A stretch of 48,611 bases of DNA, from assembly GCA_964424285.1 (NCBI GenBank), contig CAYRIJ010000002.1, positions 6,261-54,871 on the forward strand. The letters are read 5' to 3'. A program made the translations under genes and the position numbers. Below are positions 26,374 through 35,400 of this stretch, piece after piece (position 1 is the stretch's first letter; each line of letters starts with the position of its first letter). The stretch is from an uncultured bacterium (GTDB taxonomy: Bacteria > Eisenbacteria > RBG-16-71-46 > JABDJR01). The notes beneath the pieces were generated by a model. That model saw nothing but the letters and a program-made list of their open reading frames with translations, was not told the DNA's origin and ran no database searches.

Positions 26374-27543
26374 TCAACGGCCGGCTCGTGAGTCGTTTCG
26401 GGCGGCTACTTTCCGGCTTTCGTAGTTCAGGATGAGAACGTTGTTCGCGTCGCCCGGCTTGACCGAGTAGCGGAGCACCATGTCGATGCCCGCGTTCTCG
26501 TTCTTCAGGCGGAACCGATGGTCCCCCGCGTTGAGCGTGATCTTGAAGTTCCCGGTCTGATTGCGGTTGATGTCCTCGCCGTCCACGTAGACCTCGGTGA
26601 AGCCGGGGGCGGTGCTGACGCTGTAGGTCCGGCGGAAGTTGCTCGGCGGAGGGGGGGGGGTGTCGGCACGGCCCGAGGGCGGCTCGGCGGCGGCGTGGCT
26701 CTCCGACGCGGTCGGCGCCGGAGCGGCCGAGACCAGCAGCCCGGCGTCGGCCACCCCCTTCCGTCCCGGTTCCAGGTCGAGCCGGGTCTCCCAGGCCCGA
26801 TACCCGGACCGGGTCACCCGCACCCGGTAGGTGCCGGCGGGAAGCGATGGAAAAGAGGCCGGGGTGGTCTTTCCCGAGGCCTTTCCGTTCAGGCTGACCG
26901 CGGCTCCGGGAGGATCCGAGAGGACCTGGAGGGAGGCGGTGGTCACCTCCTCCCGGGTGAGTTCGTGGGTATAGCTGTTCTGTCCCGGGGTGAGGTAGAG
27001 GTCCACCCGGTGGGTGTGCCAGCCGTCGAGCTGGAGTTCCAGGGTCACCGGGCCGGGGGCCAGCGAATCGAGGGTGGCGGGGGTGGCGCCGCGGGGGGTG
27101 CCTCCCAGGAGGACCCGCGCCCCCGGCGGGACGGAGAGAACCTCCAGGGTCGCGGTGCTGTCGACCGGGGACGCGGCGCCGCGGTCCAGCCGGAAGAGCT
27201 TGTAGCCCCGTTTCAGGGCGTCCCCGTCGATGGTGTAGGGGTTCTGCAGGAGGAGGCCCTCCGCCGCGGGGGCCCCGGCATCGGCGGCCAGACGCACCTG
27301 GACCGCTTCCCCGCTCACCGCGGGGCTGATGGTGGCCCGGCCGTCGGCGCCGGTGACCCCCAGCCGTTTGTCGTTGCCCACCTGACGGATCTCGATCCCG
27401 GCTATGGGGTGGTTGGCGCCGTCGCGCACGTCCACGGTGAGGTCGGCGGACTTTCCGCAGCCGAGCGCGGAAAGGATCGAAAGGAGCACGAGCCCCGCGG
27501 CCGAGAGCGAACGCAGGCGGATGGAGGAAGCGATCGGGCTCAA
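26374..27543 (-). CDS. PEGA-domain lipoprotein with an N-terminal carboxypeptidase-regulatory-like domain
   Basis: Lipobox LSALGC. Two PEGA-like repeats (VLSVPPGARVLLGG..GATP and VLSDPPGAAVSLNGK..GKTP...GTYRVRVTRSGYRAWE). Confidence 0.75.
   Translation of the reverse strand: MSPIASSIRLRSLSAAGLVLLSILSALGCGKSADLTVDVRDGANHPIAGIEIRQVGNDKRLGVTGADGRATISPAVSGEAVQVRLAADAGAPAAEGLLLQNPYTIDGDALKRGYKLFRLDRGAASPVDSTATLEVLSVPPGARVLLGGTPRGATPATLDSLAPGPVTLELQLDGWHTHRVDLYLTPGQNSYTHELTREEVTTASLQVLSDPPGAAVSLNGKASGKTTPASFPSLPAGTYRVRVTRSGYRAWETRLDLEPGRKGVADAGLLVSAAPAPTASESHAAAEPPSGRADTPPPPPSNFRRTYSVSTAPGFTEVYVDGEDINRNQTGNFKITLNAGDHRFRLKNENAGIDMVLRYSVKPGDANNVLILNYESRKVAARNDSRAGR
26651..26660. repeat. G10 (C10 on the coding strand) homopolymer inside the PEGA lipoprotein gene
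   Basis: A run of ten G on the plus strand encodes the PPPP stretch in ...ADTPPPPPSNF... on the minus strand. Confidence 0.9.
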
Positions 27544-27610
27544 AACGTACTCCGGGTAGAGAGGTGGGCGACGTCCAACCCCCGATTCTCCCGGGGAGGA
27601 GCGATCCGTG

Positions 27611-28627
27611 TCAACGGCGGCTCCCTCCCGAGGCGGGTTGGATCTCGGACCCCGCCGCCGCGCTCAGGGCGGGGAGGAGGGGGGCCGAGCGCGCCGCCTC
27701 GGGGTCGAAGCGGAACTGGAAGTCCCCGCTTCCGGGCACGGTCAGCTCCCCCGACGGCCACTCCGTCAGGGGGAAGGACGTTTCGGCCTCCACCCGGAAG
27801 GCCGCGCCGGGCTCGGGCCGGAGGAGCGCGGTGAGGTCCACCCGGGATCCGCGCTCCAGGGGAAGGGAAATCGTCCCGCCCACCTCGAGCGGAGGACCGG
27901 CCAGCAACGTGCCCCCGTCGGCACCGCTCACCCCCACCACCAGGGCGTGGTCCGGCGGAGCCTGGACCAGGGTGGCCGCCACCTTGGCCGGCACGCTCTT
28001 CGCGGCGTCCCGATAGGGGCGAACCGCCTGCTCGATCTCGGAGTAGACCAGGGTGCCCCGGTGCCAGGGATAGCGCACCGCGGCGAGGGCGGAGTCGAGG
28101 GGCGCCAGGAAACCCGGTCCATCGAGGATCCGGGCGGGGAGTCCGCGCCGGTTGACCGCGTCGCGTTCCGAGCGATACACCGCGGCCAGCCGCTCGAGGT
28201 CCGCCTCGCCCTCCCGGATGCGCTCCGCCGCCCGGTGGAGACGGCCGGGGATCGTGGGGTAGAACATCGCCCACCAGGTCCCGTCCAGGCGATCGGAAAG
28301 GCGGTTCGCGGTGGCGGCGAGCGGGGTCCCGGGGGTGGTATGGACGAACTCGTCCACCGCGGTCCGGGTGGCGTGCCACGCCGTGTAGCCGACGGCGAGG
28401 ACGGCCAGGGCCAGGAGGGTGAAGCCCCCGGCCAGGAGCCGGGGAAGGGTTCCTCGCGTGGCGGGGAGCGGTCGCGCCGGGGCGGTCTCGGCGCCCGGTT
28501 CGGGCACCGGCAGGGTCTCGGGCCGGGCCAGGCCCCAGAGAAGGACCCCCACCCCCCGGGAGATGAGGGCGCCGGGACCGATCCGCGCCACCCGGTCGGT
28601 GGGGGAGGGAGAGGCGGGAAGGCTCAC
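27611..28627 (-). CDS. Hypothetical membrane-anchored protein (single TM helix, extracytoplasmic domain of about 250 aa)
   Basis: I prefer the GTG at 28627 because it forms a GTGA overlap with the stop of the upstream small ORF. The track ORF extends to 28750, but that extra N-terminus is Pro/Arg/Gly-rich. TM helix LLAGGFTLLALAVLAVGY. No family recognised. Confidence 0.5.
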   Translation of the reverse strand: MSLPASPSPTDRVARIGPGALISRGVGVLLWGLARPETLPVPEPGAETAPARPLPATRGTLPRLLAGGFTLLALAVLAVGYTAWHATRTAVDEFVHTTPGTPLAATANRLSDRLDGTWWAMFYPTIPGRLHRAAERIREGEADLERLAAVYRSERDAVNRRGLPARILDGPGFLAPLDSALAAVRYPWHRGTLVYSEIEQAVRPYRDAAKSVPAKVAATLVQAPPDHALVVGVSGADGGTLLAGPPLEVGGTISLPLERGSRVDLTALLRPEPGAAFRVEAETSFPLTEWPSGELTVPGSGDFQFRFDPEAARSAPLLPALSAAAGSEIQPASGGSRR

Positions 28628-28821
28628 CGGGCGCCGCCGGTGTCGGGGGTGAGGACCCGGTCGAGCCGCCCCAGGGGCGCCGAGGGTCCGGCCCAGGCCA
28701 ACCACACCGCGGCCACCAGGAACACCAGGGCGAGGGCGACCGGAAGCCAACCGGCGTTCCCGCCCCCGGTCCGCGGGGCGCGTCGAGGCGTGCTGAGAGA
28801 TGGGAGCGGATCAGTTACCAT
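28624..28821 (-). CDS. Hypothetical 65-aa single-TM protein
   Basis: ATG at 28821. TM helix WLPVALALVFLVAAVWLAW. Its stop is coupled (GTGA) to the downstream gene. It could instead be an artefact, or the 5' part of a frameshifted longer gene. Confidence 0.35.
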   Translation of the reverse strand: MVTDPLPSLSTPRRAPRTGGGNAGWLPVALALVFLVAAVWLAWAGPSAPLGRLDRVLTPDTGGAR

Positions 28822-28913
28822 CGGCGGGTGCGAATAGCCGCGTCCTCGACGGGTTCTTGAGCCCGGAACACGGACTCGGTTGGAGGGAATCGACCATGGA
28901 TCTCACCCCGGCC

Positions 28914-28943
28914 TTGACCACCGGGCAATCTTGCTTTTACATA
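28914..28943 (+). promoter_or_regulatory. Candidate sigma70-type promoter for the T6SS operon, in the divergent control region
   Basis: TTGACC (28914-28919), a 17-18 nt spacer, then TTACAT/TACATA (28937-28943), in the only AT-rich patch between the divergent operons. Confidence 0.3.
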
Positions 28944-28971
28944 GTAGCGGCCTTCGCCGTGGGGGTCAAAC

Positions 28972-29697
28972 ATGGCCGCTCGGCGTCCGTTCAGCGCCGA
29001 TCCCGAGGAAAGGGGGCGCACGATGAACGGTGAAGCGTCGGCACGTCCGGGAGGGACACCGGTGTCACCGGAGGTTCTGGCCGCCCTGCGGCAGGTGCTG
29101 GAGCTCCGGGGCCCGGGAAAGCCCCCGCCGAAGGACGCAGAGGAGCTTGAACGGTTCGCCGGCCGGACGGCCGAGGTGACCCTCATGCTCCTCGGTTTTT
29201 TTCTGGACATGCAGCGCGGGATGGAGCAGTTCCGCAAGGCCTACGGAATCCCCGGACCGGACGCCGGATCCGGTGATCCCTCGGCGGCGGAGATGGCCGG
29301 ACGGCTCCTGGGCGAGGGGGGGGACGAGTTTCGAGGGCGCCTCCAGGAGGCGGTGCAGGAAATCAAGGTGCATCAGGCCGGACTGCTGGAGGGCTACCAG
29401 GAGGCGGCCCACGAGGGCGCGCGGCGGCTCCTCGACGTTCTGGACCCCGAAGCCATTCGCCGGGAGTACGCGGGGACCCGGATCGAGGTGGGGCCGCTCA
29501 AGTTGCCCAGCCGCTGGCGTCCGGTCATGATGCAGGTGGTCTGGGAGGAGTTCCTCCGCCGCTTCGCCGGGCTCCGGTCCCTGGCGCCGGCGGACTACGA
29601 ACGCTTCCATCGGGACGGGTTTCGCCGCGGCTACCGCGGGTTTCGTGAGGCACGATTGGGGCGCCGCGCCGAAGCCGGCGACCCGGAAACCGCATGA
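28972..29697 (+). CDS. TagH (ImpI/VasC) C-terminal-domain homologue lacking the FHA domain
   Basis: The segment LQEAVQEIKVHQAGLLEGYQEAAHEGARRLLDVLDPEAIRREY and the later W..EEF....DYERFHRDGFRRGY follow the conserved C-terminal pattern of T6SS FHA proteins as I recall it. No FHA motif is present. The better start is probably the ATG at 29023 (GGAAAGGGGG RBS). The stop overlaps the tssJ ATG (ATGA). Confidence 0.55.
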   Translation: MAARRPFSADPEERGRTMNGEASARPGGTPVSPEVLAALRQVLELRGPGKPPPKDAEELERFAGRTAEVTLMLLGFFLDMQRGMEQFRKAYGIPGPDAGSGDPSAAEMAGRLLGEGGDEFRGRLQEAVQEIKVHQAGLLEGYQEAAHEGARRLLDVLDPEAIRREYAGTRIEVGPLKLPSRWRPVMMQVVWEEFLRRFAGLRSLAPADYERFHRDGFRRGYRGFREARLGRRAEAGDPETA

Positions 29698-30251
29698 GGT
29701 CGACGGCGGACCCGCTCCGCCTGGACCAGAGGGAGACGAGCATGCAACGACGCGGAGCCGGCCGGTTGCGGCCGGTCCTCGGGGTGATCGGGGGGATCGG
29801 CGCCGCCGCGCTGATCGGGGGATGCGCGATCTTCGGCGGGGGGGGGGACAAGCCCGAGGCTCCGCCCGGGCCGAAGACGGTGACCCTCAACCTCGCCGCC
29901 GCCGACCTGTTGAATTCCTGCGACGAGGGGGTGGGGAACGCGCTCACCCTGCGGGTCTACCAGCTCTCCGGCGACGCCCGGATCTCCATGTCCGCGCTCG
30001 GCACCCTGTGGGGGAACGAGAACGCGGAACTCGGCAAGGAGCTGGTGGACAAGTCGGAGCTGATCCTGGAGCCGGGGGCCAAGGTGCCCTTCGAGGTGCA
30101 TCCCATGTCCGGGGCCCAGTACCTGGCGGTGGTGGGGAACTTCTGCAAGTCGGACGGAACCTGCTGGCGCTGGATTCGCCCCCTGGCCGAGATTCCGTCC
30201 AAGGTCACCCTGAACTGCGACGAACATTGCATCCAGTCGGCGGCGCCATGA
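29694..30251 (+). CDS. tssJ: Type VI secretion outer-membrane lipoprotein TssJ
   Basis: Lipobox LIGGC. The motif LRVYQLS....F....L and a size of about 150 aa (mature) fit TssJ. It sits immediately upstream of tssK, tssL and tssM. Confidence 0.8.
   Translation: MRSTADPLRLDQRETSMQRRGAGRLRPVLGVIGGIGAAALIGGCAIFGGGGDKPEAPPGPKTVTLNLAAADLLNSCDEGVGNALTLRVYQLSGDARISMSALGTLWGNENAELGKELVDKSELILEPGAKVPFEVHPMSGAQYLAVVGNFCKSDGTCWRWIRPLAEIPSKVTLNCDEHCIQSAAP
29838..29847 (+). repeat. G10 homopolymer inside tssJ
   Basis: The codons ggc ggg ggg ggg gac encode GGGG four residues after the lipobox cysteine. Confidence 0.9.
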
Positions 30252-30273
30252 CCGCCGGGAGGACCCGGGCACG

Positions 30274-31626
30274 ATGACCAAACGCACCCGCCTGGTGTGG
30301 AACGAGGGCCTGCTCCTCACCCCCCAGCACCTCCAGCATCTCGACCGGTACCACGAAGAGACCGCGGTGGAGCTGTTCCGCTCCGCCCGTCCCTTCGGGT
30401 GGGGGTTGACCTTCCTCGAACTCGACCGGGAAGCCATCCACAACGGCCAGGTGGTCGTCCATTCGGCCTCGGGGGTGCTTCCCCTGGGCGGCGCCTTCTC
30501 CATCCCCGATCGGGACGAGGCTCCCCCCGGCCTGAACATCGAGGACCGCTTCCCCCTGAGCGAGAGCCGGCTGCCGCTCTACCTGGGGCTTCGTATCCAC
30601 CGGCCGGGGGAGCGTGAGGTGGCCGGAGCCACCGACGGCGACCAGGCCGAGACCCGCTACCGGGAGGCCACCCTGCGGGCGATGGACGAGACCAGCGGGG
30701 AGAACGAGCGGGAGATCGTCGTCTCGCACCGCAACTTCCGGCTTCTCCTCCCGGGGGAGACCCTCGGGAACTACGACCACCTTCCCCTCGCCGAGGTGGT
30801 GCGGAAGCCCGAGGGAGGGTTCGCCTACCGCGAGGACCACGTGCCTCCCTGTCTCAGCATCGGGGCCTCGGACGCGGTTCTGCGCACCTTGCGGAGGCTC
30901 CTGGAGATCCTGGTGGCCAAGTCCCGCGAGCTGTCCGAGCGGCGCCGCCACAGCGGCAAGGGGGTGGCCGAGTTCGGCCGGGACGACGTGGCCGGATTCT
31001 GGCTCCTGGGGGTGGTGAACGCGGCCATCCCCGAGATCTCCCACTACCTGCGCGGGGCGGTGGCCCATCCCGAGCGGGTCTACACCTCCCTGGCCCGGCT
31101 GGCCGGCACGCTGACCACCATGAGCGACCAGGACGTCCGGGACATCGCGGTCTACGAGCACGAGCGCCCCGAGGCCGCCTTCGCCGATCTCGGAGCCCGC
31201 ATTCCCAAGCTCATGGAGACGGTGCTGCCGCGGCACTACACCCGCATCGCGCTGGAGAAGGGGGCCAACGACGTCTTCGCCGGGCGGCTGGAGGACGATC
31301 GCCTGCTCGCCCCCAAGGTCGGGTTCTATCTGGGGGTCTACGCCTCCATGCCCACCGGCGAGATCCAGACCAGCCTGCCTCAGAAGATCAAGATCGCCAC
31401 CCCGGACCGGATCGAGTTCCTGATCTCGAACGCGCTGACCGGAGTGTCCGTGCGTCACGTGCAGACCGCCCCCGCCTCGCTCCCGGTGCAGGCCGGGTAC
31501 GTCTACTTCCAGGTGGAGAAATCGGGGGACGTGTGGGACCTGGTGGCCGGGTCCCACGCCATCGCCCTCTACGCTCCGCCCGAATTCCCCAACATCCAGC
31601 TCGAGCTCATCGCGCTGAACGATTGA
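30274..31626 (+). CDS. tssK: Type VI secretion baseplate protein TssK
   Basis: The N-terminus RLVWNEGLLLTPQHLQHLDRY is the hallmark TssK/ImpJ start. Size of 450 aa. Confidence 0.9.
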   Translation: MTKRTRLVWNEGLLLTPQHLQHLDRYHEETAVELFRSARPFGWGLTFLELDREAIHNGQVVVHSASGVLPLGGAFSIPDRDEAPPGLNIEDRFPLSESRLPLYLGLRIHRPGEREVAGATDGDQAETRYREATLRAMDETSGENEREIVVSHRNFRLLLPGETLGNYDHLPLAEVVRKPEGGFAYREDHVPPCLSIGASDAVLRTLRRLLEILVAKSRELSERRRHSGKGVAEFGRDDVAGFWLLGVVNAAIPEISHYLRGAVAHPERVYTSLARLAGTLTTMSDQDVRDIAVYEHERPEAAFADLGARIPKLMETVLPRHYTRIALEKGANDVFAGRLEDDRLLAPKVGFYLGVYASMPTGEIQTSLPQKIKIATPDRIEFLISNALTGVSVRHVQTAPASLPVQAGYVYFQVEKSGDVWDLVAGSHAIALYAPPEFPNIQLELIALND

Positions 31627-31631
31627 ATACC

Positions 31632-32399
31632 ATGAAACTCCCGTTCTCGAAATCCGCGGACCGAAGTCCCGGCCCGGCCCCCGTCCCATCCCGGGGAACC
31701 CCGCCGCCGGCCCCCGACAAGGCGACCTCCCTCGGCGGAGCCGCCGCCGATCTCTTTTCCCTGGTGCTCTCCTTGCGTTCGGCGGTCGACCTGGGCGATC
31801 CGGCGGAATTCCGCAAACGCGTGGTGAAGATGCTGGAGAAGATGGAGGAGGACGCCCGAAAGGCCGGGGTCTCCTCGGTCGCGGTGGAGGAGGCCCGGTT
31901 CGCCCTGGTCGCCCTCATCGACGAGGCGGTCCTGAACTCCGCCTGGCCGGGGAAGGACGCCTGGCGGGTGACCCCGCTCCAGCTGGAGATCCTCAAGATC
32001 AACGTGGCCGGGGAGGAGTTCTTCAAGCGGCTGGAGCGTCTCCGGCAGAACCTGGACGAGAACCGCGAGGTGCTCGAGATCTACTACGACTGCCTCGCCC
32101 TGGGGTTCGAGGGGCGGTTCAAGCTCTTCGGCCGCGAGAAGCTGGAGGTCCTGATCGGCGAGCTCTCGCGGGAACTGGCCCGGGGCCAGGGATGGAGCGT
32201 GGAGGGGCTCTCCCCCCACGGCAAGCGCCCCGACGACTTCTCCGAGGCGGTGGGGGAAGGGGTGCCGATGTGGGTGACCGCGGCGTTCTTCGTGCCCGGC
32301 GCTCTCCTCTTGATCCTGGTCTTCGCTCTATTCGCCCACGGGGCGGCCGGCAACACCGCCGAGTCCATCCGCCAGTTCATGGCCGGGATGGGCCGGTGA
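31632..32399 (+). CDS. tssL: Type VI secretion membrane protein TssL (DotU family), with no peptidoglycan-binding extension
   Basis: ATG at 31632 within track ORF 31533..32399. DotU-like core FALVALIDEAVLNS...YYDCLALGFEGRF. Single C-terminal TM helix. Confidence 0.85.
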   Translation: MKLPFSKSADRSPGPAPVPSRGTPPPAPDKATSLGGAAADLFSLVLSLRSAVDLGDPAEFRKRVVKMLEKMEEDARKAGVSSVAVEEARFALVALIDEAVLNSAWPGKDAWRVTPLQLEILKINVAGEEFFKRLERLRQNLDENREVLEIYYDCLALGFEGRFKLFGREKLEVLIGELSRELARGQGWSVEGLSPHGKRPDDFSEAVGEGVPMWVTAAFFVPGALLLILVFALFAHGAAGNTAESIRQFMAGMGR

Positions 32400-32415
32400 C
32401 CGGGGAGGCATCGAC

Positions 32416-35400
32416 ATGGTGTTCATGAGCCTCTTGTCCCGCCTCCTCCGTCCGGGATCCCTGGTCACCGGCGGCGCCGCGGGCCTCATCTTCATCCTGG
32501 TCTGGGTCGGCCCCCAGTTCGGCATCCGCGGGCCGTGGCTGGCCCTGGGCGTCCTGGCCGTCCTCTTCCTGTGGCTGATCATCATGTTCCTGCTCCGGCT
32601 CAGGGCCCAGCGGGCGGGGGCGGCCCTGGAGAAATCGCTCGAGGACCAGGCCCAGTCCCAGCTGGTCTCCAGCCGCCCCGGCCGGGAGGAGGAGATCGAC
32701 CACCTCCGGACCCAGCTCCTGGAGGCGGTGCAGGCGCTCAAGGCCTCGCGGGTGGGGAAGTCCAAGGGCGGCGCGGGCGCCCTCTACGTGCTCCCCTGGT
32801 ACATGATCATCGGGCCGCCGGCGTCGGGGAAGACCACCGTGCTGGCCAACTCCGGGCTCAACTTCCCCTACCTCGATCCCGGCCGGAACCGCCCCTCGGT
32901 GCGCGGGGTGGGCGGCACCCGGAACTGCGACTGGTGGTTCGCCGACGAGGCGGTGATCCTCGACACCGCCGGCCGCTACGTGCTCCCGGTGGAGGCGGAC
33001 GACACCCAGGAGTGGCTGGCCTTCCTCGATCTCCTCCGCAAGTACCGGGGGAAGAAGCCGATCAACGGCCTCATCGTGGGAGTCTCCATCCAGGACCTGG
33101 TCATGGGCGGCGAGGAGGACGTCGAGAGCCATGCCCTGAAGATCCGCTCCCGGGTGGACGAGCTCATCCAGCGCCTGGGGATCAGCTTCCCGATCTACGT
33201 GGTGTTCACCAAGTGCGATCTCATCCGCGGGTTCGTGGAGTTCTTCGGGGACCTCTCGAAGACCGAGCGGGCGGCGGTGTGGGGGGCCACCATCGCGCGG
33301 GAGCGGTTCGCGCGGGAGCCGGCCGAGGGCATCTTCCGGGCGGAGATGGAGCAGCTCACCGGGGCGCTCCGCCAGGCGCGGGTGCCGCGCACCGCCGAGG
33401 CGGCCAACCCGGAGAGCCGTCCGGAGATCCTGTTCTTCCCCCTCCAGTTCCATGCCCTGACCGAGCGCCTGGCCTCCTTCGTGGAGATCCTGTTCCGCGA
33501 GAACCCGTACCACGAACGTCCGATCTTCCGGGGGTTCTACTTCACCAGCGGCACCCAGGAAGGGCGCCCCATCGATCAGGTCATCAACGCCATGCTCCGG
33601 GGCTTCGGCATCGCCGCCGCCGAGGAGGGGATGACCGTCGCCCCCAGCCAGACCAAGAGCTACTTCATCGAGAACGCGTTCTCCAAGGTGGTGTTCCCCG
33701 ACCGCTACGTGGCCGGCCCCTCGGCGGAAGGGGAGCGCAAGCGGCGCTCCCGCCGGGCCAAGGTGTTCGCGGCGGGCTGCGTGGGGCTGGCGCTTCTGAC
33801 CGCGGCGCTGGTGGTGCTCTCGGCCAGCAACCGGCGCATGCTCCACCAGGTGCAGTCCCTGAGCGACCGCGCCGCGGCCTCGGCGCAGCGGGGGTCCCTG
33901 GACTTCACCGTGGACGATCTCCACACCCTGGAATCGCTCCGCTCGAAGCTCGAGACCATGGACGACCGGAGCCGGCCGGTGACCAAGGTGGTTCTCCTCG
34001 GCACCTATCAGGGGGAGAAGGCGGCCGAGGCGGCGAGGCGGCTCTACCTGGCCTCGCTCCACGACGCGGTGATGGCGCCGGTCCAGCCCTACCTGGCCCG
34101 GAACCTGGCCCAGCACGCGGACAGCCTCGGGGTGACCTTTCCCCGGTACTACGGCTGGTACCGGACCTGGCGCATCCTCCAGGATCCGGCGGCGCGTCTG
34201 GGGCCCGCCGACGCCGAGCCGGTGGCCGCCCAGCTCTCGAGCTACTGGGCCCCGGTGACCGGGGTGCCCGACGGGAAGGACCGCGAGGACTTCGACAAAC
34301 TCTTCGTCAAGCAGATCGCCTACGCCGCACGCTACCCGGAGATCCTGGCCGATCTGTTTCCCCCCGCGCCCTACCGGGACGAGCACGTGGAGAACGTGGC
34401 CCGCCGGGCCATTCAGCGTTACTGGTCGGCGGACGGGGTCTACTCCGGGGTCGGCGAGGCCGGCGCCGCGGTCCCGTCGATCACCGTGGGGGACATCCTG
34501 GGTGCGGACGTCGGGGTCTACGGGGACGTGGCCGTCCCCGGCGCCTACACCCAGGCCGGGTGGCAGGGGCCGGTCACCGGCTACATGGACTGGCTGGAAA
34601 CCGTGCGCGGGGACTGGGTGCTGCGCGAATGCTGGAACGGCACCCCTCCCGGCATCCGGGAAGCGGTGCTCGCCCGCTACGGCCGGGACTACGGCGCGCA
34701 CTGGCAGGATTTCATGGCCGCGATCCGGGTGGAGCCGGGCACCGACCCCGAGGCCACCCGCTCCTTCCTCGAGCGCGCGGCCGGGGAGAGCGGGCCGGTG
34801 CTCAAGGTGCTCCGGGCGGTCGACCAGAACACCCGGTTCGACCAGGAATCCGATCCGGGGCTCACCGCGGTGGAAACGGAGTTCGGCGCCCTCCACGAGT
34901 TCTTCCGCGCCCCCGGGGGCGGAGGTCCGTTCAAGTTCCTCCACGGCGGCGACTCCGGCGGCCAGGCTCCGTACCTCGATTACATCGACAAGGTGAAGGC
35001 TCTGGCCAACGGGTACGCGGCGGTGGCCGCGGGAGGCGACCCCGCCCAGAGCGAGCCGGTGCTCGGGTTGGTGAGCTGGGTGGATACGCGCATCCCCAAC
35101 ACCGAGACCAGCCCCGCATCCCAGGAGATGGCCCGGGTGCTGAAGCTTCCCGCGCGCCTGGTCACCGGTTCGGTGGGGGCGGAAGCGGGACGCGACGTCC
35201 AGAGCAACTGGAGCCGCGTGCTCCGCGACTACCAGTCCACTCTGGCCGGGCGCTTTCCCCTGGCCTCCGGCGGCGCGGACTGCTCCCTGGCCGACTTCGA
35301 GCAGTTCTTCGGACCCAACGGCACCTTCTGGACCTTCTACCAGGAATCGCTTTCCGGCCTGGTGTCCGAGGACGGTCACGAGCTTCCCAACCCGAGAGTG

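Noticed and set aside
26651-26660. Treating the number of long G/C homopolymers (two G10, one G9, several C8/G8) as statistically anomalous
   Set aside because: A rough composition-based estimate, assuming about 35% G and 35% C, predicts on the order of one or two runs of 10 or more in this length. The count is therefore unremarkable, and only the positions are noted.
27611-28750. The 379-aa version of the minus-strand ORF starting at 28750
   Set aside because: The extra 41 N-terminal residues are Pro/Arg/Gly-rich and overlap the 65-aa ORF in another frame. The GTG at 28627 in a GTGA overlap with that ORF's stop is a more economical model. A frameshift fusing the two ORFs cannot be excluded.
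28921-28936. Sigma-54 (-24/-12) promoter in front of the T6SS operon (GGCA...TTGC)
   Set aside because: The GG and GC elements are about 9 nt apart instead of the required spacing in TGGCAC-N5-TTGC. No enhancer-binding protein gene is in the window.
28800-29033. 77-aa plus-strand ORF in the divergent control region
   Set aside because: It overlaps the start of the minus-strand small ORF and the candidate promoter. It has no RBS and no motif, and is more likely non-coding regulatory DNA.
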